DNA of 64,000 nt. Source: Vicinamibacterales bacterium. GTDB taxonomy: Bacteria; Acidobacteriota; Vicinamibacteria; Vicinamibacterales; UBA8438. Positions within the stretch are counted from its first letter, which is position 1. The number at the start of each line of letters is the position of its first letter. Positions 51,274 through 61,257 of this stretch are shown one piece after another. Below the pieces are notes generated by a model that was given only the letters and a program-made list of their open reading frames with translations, was not told the DNA's origin and made no database searches. The translations under genes were made by a program, and so were the position numbers. The DNA lies in NCBI GenBank assembly GCA_965203565.1, contig OZ241896.1, positions 3,857,015 through 3,921,014 of the forward strand, given 5' to 3'.

Positions 51274-52241
51274 GCCTGCGTCACGTCGTTCGGACCCGCA
51301 GCCAGGCGGCGGCGGCCGCCGCCGCGCTCGGCATCCTCGCCTGCTCGGGGATGGAGCCGCCGCCGGCGCCGGAACCGGCGGCCGCTGACGCGGCGCCTTC
51401 CGGCGGCCGCGCGGCGCTGATCGCGTCACTGCCGCGGCCCGCCGACCTGCCGCCGGGCTACCGCCCCGCCGGCGAGCTGGCCGGACGGGGAACGTTCCAC
51501 GCCGCGGGCGGGCAGTTCACCGTCCGGGACCACGACGGCGGCCACTACCACGGTTACGACGGCCCCGGCGTCTGGGCGAAGGAGCCGAAAGGAATACGGA
51601 CGCAGGGCGTCGTGTACGGCGTCGAGGACGACGCGGTGACGACGGCCGGCTACCTTCTGCCGCAAGTCGATCTGACCGCCGGCCGGAGCTTTCACGGCCT
51701 GACGCTCCGCGAGCTCGACTTCCCGGCCGCGCGCGCCATGACCGTCGATCTGATCGAGGGCGAGACCCCGGAATCGAACCGGTACCTGCTGCTCTGGCAT
51801 TTCCTCCCGCCGGAGGGGGTCACACCGCCGCCGATGCTGTCGCGCCTCGACCTGCCGCCGGTCACGACGCTGCCGCCCGTCTTCACGGTCTACGCGTGCG
51901 AGCAGTACCCGGACGCGTTCTGCCCCGGCATGGGACGGCACTACACCGACCCGTCGAACCCGGCCGGAAGGCTTCCGGCCTCCACCGGCAACGACGGGGT
52001 GATCTACGGCGAAGCGGCCGGCAAGCTGATCTTCATCGAGTACGTTCTCACCCAGGAGGACCTGGCGGCCGGGGTCTCGTGGCCGGCGATGCCGCTCGAC
52101 GATCTGCCGATCCCCCCGATCGACAACGTCCACGTCCTGCACTTCGGCTCCGAGCCGACGTCAGGCCGCTACACGGTGCACATGTACTTCCTCCCGGAGG
52201 AGACGTACCTGGCCTGGAAGACCGAACCGGATACGCTGTAG
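51270..52241 (+). CDS. Hypothetical lipoprotein with His/Met motifs
   Basis: Lipobox [19 protein letters not shown] overlap with bioB. Confidence 0.6.
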   Translation: MSLRHVVRTRSQAAAAAAALGILACSGMEPPPAPEPAAADAAPSGGRAALIASLPRPADLPPGYRPAGELAGRGTFHAAGGQFTVRDHDGGHYHGYDGPGVWAKEPKGIRTQGVVYGVEDDAVTTAGYLLPQVDLTAGRSFHGLTLRELDFPAARAMTVDLIEGETPESNRYLLLWHFLPPEGVTPPPMLSRLDLPPVTTLPPVFTVYACEQYPDAFCPGMGRHYTDPSNPAGRLPASTGNDGVIYGEAAGKLIFIEYVLTQEDLAAGVSWPAMPLDDLPIPPIDNVHVLHFGSEPTSGRYTVHMYFLPEETYLAWKTEPDTL

Positions 52242-52315
52242 CAACCCGCGCAGGAAAGCCCTGCTGCGTTCGACGGGCGCCGCATCGCGGCTGAGCTGCG
52301 TCGTTCGTCGGTCGG
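52242..52315. repeat. Diverged half of a MITE relative upstream of the HIRAN gene
   Basis: CAACCCGCGCAGGAAAGCCCTGCTGCGTTCGA...CGTCGTTCGTCGGT aligns by eye with the first half of copy 6. Confidence 0.6.
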
Positions 52316-52417
52316 AAAAAATTCCGACCGCCAATGCGCCGCTGACAGGATCTGTCAGCGGCCGGCGCCATACTGGCCGACTCGCCCTCGCACGAGGGAC
52401 GCAAGGAGGGTATCGCC

Positions 52418-52813
52418 ATGCATCGCAGGGACGTCATTCGCGCGATTTGGGGTCCGCCGATCCTCGGCGCGCTCGCCGCCCGGAAGGCCGACGCGGCGCC
52501 GCCGCGGGAGATCCTGCTCGCCCACATGCACGTGGCGGGCACGCCCTACCACCACGCGGCGAAGCTGGCCGCCTGGCTGCGCCCCGGCGCGCGCTTCACG
52601 CTCCGCAGGGAGCCGGACAACGCGCACGACGCGCGCGCCATCGAGGTGCTGGGACCGAAGGGCCGCAAGCTCGGCTACGTTCCGCGCCGTTTCAACAAGA
52701 TACCGGCGCGGCTGATGGACGCCGGCAAGCATCTGTCCGCGCAGATGACCTCCATCGAGAGAGAAGGCGACTGGCTGCGCATCCGGTTCGCCCTGCGCCT
52801 GGTGGAGGGTTAG
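52418..52813 (+). CDS. HIRAN domain protein
   Basis: VAGTPYH, LRREPDNAHDARAIEV, KLGYVPR; AGGAGG RBS. Confidence 0.9.
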   Translation: MHRRDVIRAIWGPPILGALAARKADAAPPREILLAHMHVAGTPYHHAAKLAAWLRPGARFTLRREPDNAHDARAIEVLGPKGRKLGYVPRRFNKIPARLMDAGKHLSAQMTSIEREGDWLRIRFALRLVEG

Positions 52814-52862
52814 CAGCCCGCGCAGGAAAGTCCCGCTGCACGCGGGGTTCCACCGCGGGCTG
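52814..52862. mobile_element. 49-bp internally deleted MITE derivative
   Basis: CAGCCCGCG...CGCGGGCTG; both element ends joined; no TSD. Confidence 0.7.
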
Positions 52863-52961
52863 TCCAGCAGCGCCGCAGCAAGTTCGCGTCCGGCGCGCAC
52901 GGCGGCGGCCGGCTGTGGTACATTGCGGCCTGCGCCCGGTTCCGGGCGCAGGAGGACGATC

Positions 52962-54314
52962 ATGACGACGACCACCGCCCCGCCGCCGTCCGCCGGCCGG
53001 CGCCTGTCGGCGATTCTCGTTGCGGCCGTGCTGCTGCCGGCGGCGGCGGCCGCCCGGCCCGCCGCGCCGCCGGACGGCGAGCCGACGTTCGCCAGGGACA
53101 TCGTTCCGATCCTCCAGCGGTCGTGCCAGACCTGCCACCGGGCGGGTGAGATGGCGCCGATGGCGCTGGTCACCTACGAGGAGGTCCGTCCGTGGGCGCG
53201 GTCGATCCGCAGCCGGGTGGCGGCGCGCGAGATGCCGCCGTGGCATATTGACCGGCATATCGGGATCCAGCAGTTCAAGGACGACCCGTCGCTGAGCGAC
53301 GAGGAGATCGACCTGGTGGCCCGCTGGGTCGATGCGGGCGCGCCGCGCGGCGACCCGGCCGACATGCCGCCGCCGCGCGAGTTCCCGGACGCCGCCGTAT
53401 GGCGGATCGGCGAGCCGGACCTCGTGGTGCGCTACCCGGCGATGCCGGTTCCGGCCGAAGGCCCCGACATGTTCGGCTCGGTCTACTCGCCGCTGGAGCT
53501 GGGCGAGGACCGGTACGTCCGGGCCATTCAGCACCGGCCGGTCGGCGACGGATCGCGGCGGGTTATCCACCACGCGCTGTCGTTCGCGGTCGACCCCGGC
53601 GAGTTCACGCAGATGCCGTCGGTGGCCGGGCACTTCCTGATGGAGTACGCCTCGGGCAAGAACGCCGAGGTCTATCCGGAAGACTCCGGCGTCCTGCTGC
53701 AGGCCGGGAAGAAGATGAAGCTGGACTACCACCTGCACCCGGTCGGCGAGCCGATCGACGCGGTGATGGAGCTCGGCGTCGTCTTCCATCCGAAGGGCAT
53801 GAAGCCGAAGCACGTACGCTGGTCGAAGCAGCTCGGGCAGCACGTCACCGACCTCGACATCCCGGCCGGCGCGATCGTGCGGCGGGACGGCTACACCCGG
53901 ATGAACAGGGCGGCGAAGATCACCGCGTTCCAGCCGCACATGCACGCGCTCGGCAAGTACCAGTGCCTGGAGCTGATCTATCCGACGGCGAGCACGCCGA
54001 TGCAGACCGAGGTGATAAGCTGCGCGCACTTCGACTACAACTGGCACCTGGTCTACAACTACGCCGACGAGGCAGCGCCGATCATGCCGGCGGGGACGAT
54101 CCTGCACGTCATCAGTTGGCACGACAACTCGGAGGCCAACCGCGCGAACCCCGACCCGAAGAACTGGGTCGGGAACGGCCGGGGGCGCACGATAGACGAG
54201 ATGGCGTTCGCCTGGATCGGGTGGTACGACCTGACCGACAAGGAGTACGAGCAGGAGCTCGCCGCCCGCAAGGCGCGCCGGGCGGAGGCCGCCGCCGCGG
54301 CCGGCCAGCAGTAG
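52962..54314 (+). CDS. Secreted monoheme cytochrome c / copper monooxygenase-like protein, paralog 3
   Basis: CQTCH, IHH, YHLH, QPHMH, DEMA. Confidence 0.75.
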   Translation: MTTTTAPPPSAGRRLSAILVAAVLLPAAAAARPAAPPDGEPTFARDIVPILQRSCQTCHRAGEMAPMALVTYEEVRPWARSIRSRVAAREMPPWHIDRHIGIQQFKDDPSLSDEEIDLVARWVDAGAPRGDPADMPPPREFPDAAVWRIGEPDLVVRYPAMPVPAEGPDMFGSVYSPLELGEDRYVRAIQHRPVGDGSRRVIHHALSFAVDPGEFTQMPSVAGHFLMEYASGKNAEVYPEDSGVLLQAGKKMKLDYHLHPVGEPIDAVMELGVVFHPKGMKPKHVRWSKQLGQHVTDLDIPAGAIVRRDGYTRMNRAAKITAFQPHMHALGKYQCLELIYPTASTPMQTEVISCAHFDYNWHLVYNYADEAAPIMPAGTILHVISWHDNSEANRANPDPKNWVGNGRGRTIDEMAFAWIGWYDLTDKEYEQELAARKARRAEAAAAAGQQ

Positions 54315-54330
54315 GCGTCCTGCGACGGCC

Positions 54331-55311
54331 GTGACGAACAGCCCGCGCCGCCGGACCGTGTCGCGCAGTCCGCGGCGCCGGACCGTCCCGGCGCTCGCCG
54401 TGACCGCCCTGACCGCCGCGCTCGTCTGCGCGCCGGGCGCCGCGCGCAGCCTGCGGGCGCAGCTCGATCACCTGCCCTGGATCCTCAAGTACAACACCGG
54501 CCAGAACGTCCAGCCGATCTTTCACGGCTGGTCGCGCAACGCCGGCGGCGGGTTCACCATGCACTTCGGCTACCTCAACCGGAACTACGTGGAGGAGCTG
54601 CGCGTGCCGGTGGGGCCGGACAACGCGATAGAGCCGGACGGGACCGGCGGGATCGATCAGGGACAGCCCACTTTCTTCTACCCGCGGTTCCACAACTTCG
54701 CCTTTAGCGTCGCCGTGCCGGGCGACTGGGGCGGCCGGGAGCTGGTCTGGTCGGTCACCGTCCGCGGCCGGACCGACCGGGCGGTGGCGTGGCTGCAACC
54801 CGAGTGGGAGATCGACGACCCGGCGCAGGGCAGTCCGTTCGTGCAGACCAACCCGCCCAACCGGGCGCCGTCGATCGCCGTGCCCGCCGTCGCGCCGGTC
54901 GCGCTGCCGGCGGCGGCGCAGCTGATCGCCGAAGTGGCCGACGACGGACTGCCGGCCGGCGCGCGCGAAGTCCGCGAACTGGCGGTCGGCCAGGAGACGC
55001 CGCCGACGCTCCGGCCCGGTCCGGGCGCCGCGGAGTCGCCCGTCAACCTGCCGCAGCTTCCGGCCGCCCCGGACCGCACCACGGCCCGGCGGCTCCCGGA
55101 CCCGCGCCCCGAAGGGGTGTCCGTCGCGTGGATCGTCTGGCGCGGCCCCGCCGCCGCCGCGTTCGAGCCGACTCACAGCCCGGCGCGCAGCGGCCGGACC
55201 ACGACCACCGCCCGGTTCTCCCGGTCCGGAACGTACGTGCTCCGCGCCACCGCGACCGACCGGATGCTGTCGGCGACGGCCGACGTCACCGTCACCGTGC
55301 GCGAGCCGTGA
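54331..55311 (+). CDS. Secreted partner protein, homolog of 8731-9618
   Basis: GQNVQPIFHGW, FGYLNRN, DQGQPTFF, GTYVLRATATD. Confidence 0.7.
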   Translation: MTNSPRRRTVSRSPRRRTVPALAVTALTAALVCAPGAARSLRAQLDHLPWILKYNTGQNVQPIFHGWSRNAGGGFTMHFGYLNRNYVEELRVPVGPDNAIEPDGTGGIDQGQPTFFYPRFHNFAFSVAVPGDWGGRELVWSVTVRGRTDRAVAWLQPEWEIDDPAQGSPFVQTNPPNRAPSIAVPAVAPVALPAAAQLIAEVADDGLPAGAREVRELAVGQETPPTLRPGPGAAESPVNLPQLPAAPDRTTARRLPDPRPEGVSVAWIVWRGPAAAAFEPTHSPARSGRTTTTARFSRSGTYVLRATATDRMLSATADVTVTVREP

Positions 55312-55427
55312 AAGCCGACGGCTCGTTCGCCCGCCGCCTACGGCCGCCGGCTTGACTGAACCGGCGGATTCAAGGTACAGAAACCGCCACCGAACGAACC
55401 GTGACCACACTGCGAGGGAATCGACTC

Positions 55428-56282
55428 ATGACCGAACGGGTGCGCACCACGACCTCCACGTCCGTCCGGCGCGGCGCATGGGCGGCCGGCCTGACCGCCG
55501 CGCTGTGCGCGGCGCTGGCCGCCTGGCCGGCCGCGCAGCAGGGATCGGACGGCCGTCTGAACCGGATCATCGAGCAGTTCGAGCAGGGCGAGCCGGCGCT
55601 CGCCAACGAGCACTGGCGGATCGTCTCGCTGGAGCACAACCCGTTCCTGGTCGACGACCTCGAGGCGTTTCTCGAAGACCTGGGGGAGCAGGACTCGGGC
55701 CGGCCGCGGCTGACGCCGATCGTGCGCATTCCGCACGAAGCGGACCAGGACTATCACCACGTGGTGAAGCAGATCCTCGATGCGGGGGCGATGGGAATCG
55801 TGCTGCCGCAGGTCCGGACCGCCGACGAGGTGGCGAAGCTGGTGCGCGCCATGCGGTATCCGCCGCAGCGCGGCGCGCGGTATCCGGAGCCGCGCGGCCG
55901 GCGGGGCTGGGGCCCGACGGCCGCAAGGCGCGTCTGGAACGTGGACGCCGACGAGTACGCGCGCCGGGCCGACGTCTGGCCGCTCAACCCGGAGGGCGAG
56001 CTCCTGGCGATCGCGATGGTCGAGACCCGCGAGTGCGTGGAGAACATCGACGAGATTCTCCAGGTTCCGGGTCTCGGCGGGGTGCTGATCGGGCCGTCCG
56101 ACCTCAGCCTCTCGCTCGGCGTCGGCACGCCGGGCGCCAACCCGCGCGCCCCGGAGGTGGAGGCCGCCATCGAGACGGTCGGCGAAGCGTGCCGGCGGCA
56201 TGGCAAGCTGTGCGGCATCTACACCCGGTCGGACGTCGAGGCGCGCAGCAAGCAGGGGTTCAGACTGTTCCCGGTGATGTGA
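55428..56282 (+). CDS. HpcH/HpaI aldolase family protein with signal-like N-terminus
   Basis: KQILDAGAMG, RYPP, MVET, IGPSDLS. Confidence 0.85.
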   Translation: MTERVRTTTSTSVRRGAWAAGLTAALCAALAAWPAAQQGSDGRLNRIIEQFEQGEPALANEHWRIVSLEHNPFLVDDLEAFLEDLGEQDSGRPRLTPIVRIPHEADQDYHHVVKQILDAGAMGIVLPQVRTADEVAKLVRAMRYPPQRGARYPEPRGRRGWGPTAARRVWNVDADEYARRADVWPLNPEGELLAIAMVETRECVENIDEILQVPGLGGVLIGPSDLSLSLGVGTPGANPRAPEVEAAIETVGEACRRHGKLCGIYTRSDVEARSKQGFRLFPVM

Positions 56283-56308
56283 CAGCCCGTGAGCAGCGCT
56301 TCGGACTG

Positions 56309-56844
56309 CTAGTCGACAACGTAGCTGAACAGCTTGTACTCGTCGCCGCGCTGGAGCACCGATCCGAACAGGCGCATCTCCCGGTCCGCGCCGTCGGCGC
56401 CGCGGACCGTCACCCGGCTGTCCCGGTGGACGGTGAACGTCTCGTACGGGGTCGATTCGCCGTCGAAGCCGATGGCGACGAAGTCGTATGCGTCGCCGGC
56501 CGCGCGGGCGACGAGCCGGCGCAGGGCGTTGCCGCTCTTCTGGTGGAGATCGCCCCAGACGTACTCGAACGGGAGGCCCCGCTCGGGGCGGCTCGACGGG
56601 AGCTCGGGCCAGACCACGGTCCGGAACTCCGTCTCGCTGAGGGGCAGCGCCGCGAGCGCCCGGCCGTCGTCCGCGGCCAGCGCGGCGAGCACCGCCTCGG
56701 CCAGCCGGTCCGGCGATTCGAAGGTGCGGCTGAGCGGCGGCGGGGGGGCGTCGTCGGTCGTTTCGGCGGCGCGGCAGCCGCCGATAGACACGAGGAGCGC
56801 GGCGGCCAGGCCCGCGAGCGCGGACCCGGCCGCCTTCGCCGGCG
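56309..56844 (-). CDS. Hypothetical lipoprotein (start not evident)
   Basis: LLVSIGGC lipobox-like; VWPELPSSRPE, KLFSYVVD; no clear ATG after the upstream stop. Confidence 0.55.
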
Positions 56845-58239
56845 CTAGTTGAGGGCGAAGTCGGTCCACCCCATCCACCAGGTGTCCTGACCCGACCCGG
56901 GCGGCCCGACCGCGCCGATGAACGGCGCGGTTTCGAAGAAGCCGTCGGCCGGCTGCGGCGCCGGCGCCACCGCGCCGGTGACGGCGGGCGAGCCCGCCAT
57001 CGGCCGGAAGTCCGGGTTCGGCAGGTTGAACGGGTCGCGGAGCATCGGGCTCAGCGCCGTCGTGACGTTGGAGCTGCTGGTCACCCAGTCCATCGTCGTG
57101 ATCGGCGCCCGGCCGTCGTCGCTGTCCGGGCGGAACTCGCCGACGCACCGGCTGACCACGCAGTTGCCGTTGACGATGCCGCTCTCCATCGTCAGCGGCG
57201 TGGCGGTCGAGCCGACGATCTGCGTGAACGTCTCGGTCCCGTCGACGTCGACCGCGGCCTCCTTGAAGCCGTGGACGATGAAGTTGCGGATGGTGGCCGA
57301 GGTCCCTTCGCGCAGCAGCATGCCGGTGTCGCTCTCGCTCCCCTCGTCGCTGTCCGGGTCGCCGAGCAGCGTGAGGTTGTGCAGCGTCGGGTTCGAGCGC
57401 GGCAGCAGCGTGTTGTTGTCGCCGTTGTTGTCCGCCTCGATCCCCTGGTCGGCGTCGTCCCCGCTCTGGAGCGCGATCAGGAACTGGCCCTTGCCGGTCC
57501 AGCCGTCGGTCCAGTCGAAGCTGTCGTCGGCGACGCCGAAGCAGATGACGTGCTTCACCTCCACCGTCCCCCCGAAGAACTCGAGCCCGTCGTCCTTGTT
57601 GAACTTGACCATCACGTGGTCGACCTCGGTTCCCCGGCCGACGCCCTGGAACGCGATGCCGTTCAGCTCGTTGTCGGGGCTGAACTCGGTCCCCGCGAAC
57701 TCGACGCGCGTGTAGTACAGGTGGCCGCTGTCGTCGTCCGGGTCGTCGCCGCCGTAGACGCCGGTGTCGCCTTCGCCCACCGACGCGCCGCCCGGCACGT
57801 TGAGCGGCGCATTGCCGTTGATGATCAGTCCGCCCCAGTCGGCCCGCGCCCGCTCGCCGGCCGGCTGGTCGCTGCTGAACACCACCGGCGCGTCGGCCGT
57901 GCCGTTGGAGTGGATCCGCGCGCCGCGGTCGATGATCAGCGTCCCGTTCGTCGCGAACTCGCCGAACACCTCGGCGCCCGGCTCCAGCGTCAGCGTCGCG
58001 CCGTCATCGACGAAGACGGCGCCCCGCAGGACCCAGTACCGGTTCGCGTCGAACGTCGTGTCGCTGGCGACCCGGCCGGTCACGACGCAGACTTCCTTGT
58101 CGATGCCGGTCCGGCTGCGGCAGTCGATCGTCGATTGCGACCGTGCGGTCCCGCCGCTCCAGACGACGGCGCCCGTCACGAGCAGGGCGGGCGCGACGGC
58201 GCGCCGCCCCAGTCGGCGGATTCTCGTCTTCCAGTTCAT
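56845..58239 (-). CDS. Secreted Asp-rich beta-helix protein
   Basis: WGGLIING, DDSG.L.Y.RVEFAG, ELNG, DDGLEFFGG, DDSFDW, IEADN. Confidence 0.72.
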   Translation of the reverse strand: MNWKTRIRRLGRRAVAPALLVTGAVVWSGGTARSQSTIDCRSRTGIDKEVCVVTGRVASDTTFDANRYWVLRGAVFVDDGATLTLEPGAEVFGEFATNGTLIIDRGARIHSNGTADAPVVFSSDQPAGERARADWGGLIINGNAPLNVPGGASVGEGDTGVYGGDDPDDDSGHLYYTRVEFAGTEFSPDNELNGIAFQGVGRGTEVDHVMVKFNKDDGLEFFGGTVEVKHVICFGVADDSFDWTDGWTGKGQFLIALQSGDDADQGIEADNNGDNNTLLPRSNPTLHNLTLLGDPDSDEGSESDTGMLLREGTSATIRNFIVHGFKEAAVDVDGTETFTQIVGSTATPLTMESGIVNGNCVVSRCVGEFRPDSDDGRAPITTMDWVTSSSNVTTALSPMLRDPFNLPNPDFRPMAGSPAVTGAVAPAPQPADGFFETAPFIGAVGPPGSGQDTWWMGWTDFALN

Positions 58240-58303
58240 CACGGATCGTCGTCCTTTCCTCTCGTGCTGTTCTCCTGCCTGCAGCCGCCCCGCCATCCCG
58301 TGG

Positions 58304-61060
58304 CTATGGATGCAGGGTGACGCTGAACGACACCCCGCGCCCGAGCTTGAACACGCGCTGCTCCCTGCCGCTCTGCGTGAACAGGTACGGGTCGTCCAGC
58401 AGGTTCTCGAAAGCGACCTTCAGCCCGAAGGCGTCCCACCGCCGCGAGACGATCACGTCCACGGAGTTGCGGCCTTCCTCGATGATGTCGGGGAGCCCCA
58501 GCGACCCGACGTCGCTGATCCGGTCGCCGAAGTAGCTCCAGAGGAGCCGGGCCGCGAACTCCTGCATCCGGAACTCCGCCATCGCGTTGAACAGGTTCCT
58601 GGACGTCCCGGCGAGCGGCCGCAGGAGCGAGGTCTGGACCTGTCCGGCCTGCCGCCCGATCGTGACCTCGGAGTCGACGAACGTGTAGTTCGCGCCGACC
58701 AGGAGGCGCTCGTTCAGCGCCTTCCGGGCCTCCAGCTCGATCCCGACGTTGCGGGCGGCCTCGGCGTTGGCGTACGACGTCCGGAGCTGCGCCGTCGGCT
58801 CGACGACCCGCTCTATCGGGGTGTCGAAGTGCTTGTAGAAGAAGCTCGCCGAGATCACCTCTTCCGCGCCGGGGAACCACTCCCACCGGGCGTCGACGTT
58901 CTGGATGAGCGACTGTCCGAGGTCGGGGTTGCCGACCACGGCCCGGCCGCCGACGACGTCGGTGAACTCGAACGGCGCCACCTCCCGGAACTCCGGACGG
59001 TTGACGGTCCGGCTGTAGCTGATCCGGAGGTTCTGGTCGTAGGCGAGGGCGTAGACCAGGTTGGCGGCGGGAAAGACGTCGGTGCTGTCGAGCGTCGACG
59101 TGACGCGGGCGGCGCTGCCGCCGACCTGGCGGCTGAACGGGTCGAACGTGTCGACCGTCTGCTTGTACGACTCGACCCGGGCGCCGCCGACCACGCGCCA
59201 GCGGGCCGTCAGCGGCAGGTCGATCATGCCGTAGCCGGAGGCCGTCTCCTGCCCGCCGTCGTACGCGTCGGTCGGCCGCGTCTCTTCCTTGAGCTGCCAG
59301 ACCGGGCCGACGTTCGCCGACGCGAACAGCGCTTCGGCCGGCAGGGACAGATCGACGCCCGACAGCCGGCGCGGGGTGAACCGCAGGCGGCGCGACTCGA
59401 AGGCGCGCTCCCGGTCGAGGTAGCCTCCCCCGAACTTGATCTGCGTCCCGAGGCCGCTCCACTGCTGGAACAGCATGCTCCAGTTGGCCGAGAACTCGAT
59501 GCTCTCGTCCCGCTGGTCGTTGAACTGGCGGAGGCCGCTCTGCGACTCGTCGGCGAGGACGAACGCGTCGCGCGCCGGGTCGAACTCGTACAGCGTCTCG
59601 CGCAGGTCGGGCTCGTCGCGGTCCGCGTACGAGAAGGCGACCTTCCAGTCGAAGCGGCTGTTCGAGGCGCCGGGCAGCAGGTGGTCGCCGCCGAGGTGGT
59701 GCGCCCGGATCTGCTCCTCGATGAAGTAGAGCCGCTGGTTGCGGAGCTCGGTGTCGGCGTCGCTGTTGAACCCCTCGAACCGGCGCGTCCGGTCGGTCCC
59801 GAGATGCGTGTAGAAATTGTCGAACGACAGCCGGTGGTTCGGTGTGAACTGATACGCCACGTTGCCGACCGCGCCCAGCGTCCGCTCGTAGGTGGAGACG
59901 TCGAAGTCGTACGGGCCGTTGAACACGTCTATCGCGCCCCCTTCCTCCACGTTGAAGAAGGTCCGCCGCTCGTCGACGAACGCCGACGACTGCGCGTGCC
60001 GGAGCGTGGCGACCACGCCCAGCTTGTCGAACCGGCCGCCGAACAGGCCGCTGTAGCTCTGGTCGATCGGATGATTCTTCTCTACCGGGTCCCACACGTT
60101 GGAGAACGCACGGCCGAGGTCGCGGAGATCGCTCTGCAGGAACCCGATCTCGTCGTCGGTGAACCGCCCGCCGCGGATCACCTTCCGGTCCGGGAACCCG
60201 GCGGGCAACGCCCGCGAGCCGTCGTCGAACCCGGTCCATTCGCGCCCCCCGCTCGGATACGACAGGCCGAGCGCGCCGGTGGTGACGCTGTTCCAGCCGC
60301 CGCCCGCGCCGGCTTCCCACGAGGTTTCGACCGGCAGCTTGAGCGGGATGATTTCGACCAGGCCGCCCGCGAACTGCGACGGCTTGTCCGGCGTGTACGT
60401 CTTGCTCACCTGGACGCTGTCGATCAGGGCGGCCGGGAAGAGGTCGAGCGGGACGACCCGGCGGTCCGGCTCCGTCGTCGGGAGCATGGCGCCGTTGAGC
60501 GTCGTGTTGCTGTACCGTTCGCCGAGGCCGCGCACGAAGACCGAGCCGCCGCCGACCACCGACACGCCGGTGACCCGCTCCATCGCGTCGGCGGCGTTCG
60601 AGTCGTCGTTGGCGCTCATCTCGATCGAGCCGATGTTGTCCTGGACCGCCGGCGCCCGCATCCGCAGCATCAACTGGGCGGCCGCCGTGGACGACTCCGC
60701 ATCGAGATCAGGCGCCGACACCGTGACCTGCTCGGCGAATACGTTCGACGCGAGCGACACCTGCACCCGCGTGAGCTGGCCCGCCGCCACGTCGAGCGAC
60801 ACGCTCTGCTCGGCGTAGCCGGCCATGACCACCTTCATCTCGTACGAGCCGGCCGGAACCTGGAACCGGTAGGCGCCGTCGATGTCGGTGTACTCGATCT
60901 GCTCGACCGGGCCGCTCAGCTCGACCGGGACGCCGGGCAGCGTGATCGCGTTCGCCTCGTCGATCACCTGGCCCGCGATGGCGCCGAGCTCCTGGCCCTG
61001 GGCCGGCGCCGCCGCCGCGAGGAGCGCCGGCAGGGCCAGCGTCCGCATCATCCTCCGCAT
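58304..61060 (-). CDS. TonB-dependent receptor with N-terminal carboxypeptidase-regulatory-like domain
   Basis: VRGLGERYS, VPLDLFP, VSKTYTPD, RPEFRE, GNPDL. Confidence 0.9.
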   Translation of the reverse strand: MRRMMRTLALPALLAAAAPAQGQELGAIAGQVIDEANAITLPGVPVELSGPVEQIEYTDIDGAYRFQVPAGSYEMKVVMAGYAEQSVSLDVAAGQLTRVQVSLASNVFAEQVTVSAPDLDAESSTAAAQLMLRMRAPAVQDNIGSIEMSANDDSNAADAMERVTGVSVVGGGSVFVRGLGERYSNTTLNGAMLPTTEPDRRVVPLDLFPAALIDSVQVSKTYTPDKPSQFAGGLVEIIPLKLPVETSWEAGAGGGWNSVTTGALGLSYPSGGREWTGFDDGSRALPAGFPDRKVIRGGRFTDDEIGFLQSDLRDLGRAFSNVWDPVEKNHPIDQSYSGLFGGRFDKLGVVATLRHAQSSAFVDERRTFFNVEEGGAIDVFNGPYDFDVSTYERTLGAVGNVAYQFTPNHRLSFDNFYTHLGTDRTRRFEGFNSDADTELRNQRLYFIEEQIRAHHLGGDHLLPGASNSRFDWKVAFSYADRDEPDLRETLYEFDPARDAFVLADESQSGLRQFNDQRDESIEFSANWSMLFQQWSGLGTQIKFGGGYLDRERAFESRRLRFTPRRLSGVDLSLPAEALFASANVGPVWQLKEETRPTDAYDGGQETASGYGMIDLPLTARWRVVGGARVESYKQTVDTFDPFSRQVGGSAARVTSTLDSTDVFPAANLVYALAYDQNLRISYSRTVNRPEFREVAPFEFTDVVGGRAVVGNPDLGQSLIQNVDARWEWFPGAEEVISASFFYKHFDTPIERVVEPTAQLRTSYANAEAARNVGIELEARKALNERLLVGANYTFVDSEVTIGRQAGQVQTSLLRPLAGTSRNLFNAMAEFRMQEFAARLLWSYFGDRISDVGSLGLPDIIEEGRNSVDVIVSRRWDAFGLKVAFENLLDDPYLFTQSGREQRVFKLGRGVSFSVTLHP

Positions 61061-61130
61061 CAGTGTCTTCCTTCCCTCGACCGGCTCCGAACGTCGGCGT
61101 CCGAAGCCGAGCAGACGATACCGGCCTGCT

Positions 61131-61179
61131 GTGTACACGGAATGAAGGGCTCGTTAATTCGACATGTATTCGACGTAAG
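61131..61179 (-). promoter_or_regulatory. Pho-box-like direct repeats with 11-bp period
   Basis: On the minus strand CTTAC, TACAT, TTAAC, TTCAT, TACAC start exactly 11 bp apart, upstream of the receptor. Confidence 0.5.
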
Positions 61180-61257
61180 CAACGTTGCGCCCGCGTTTCG
61201 CGCGCGCCGCCGCAGGCGCGCCGGTGGTGTATAGTCGCCGGAGCGAGGAGGGCGAAG

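Noticed and set aside
57764..61234. 1156-aa plus-strand ORF and similar long Arg/Pro/Ala-rich ORFs (e.g. 26409-29147, 36166-39366)
   Set aside because: Antisense or off-frame shadows of real genes, expected at this GC content; no motifs.
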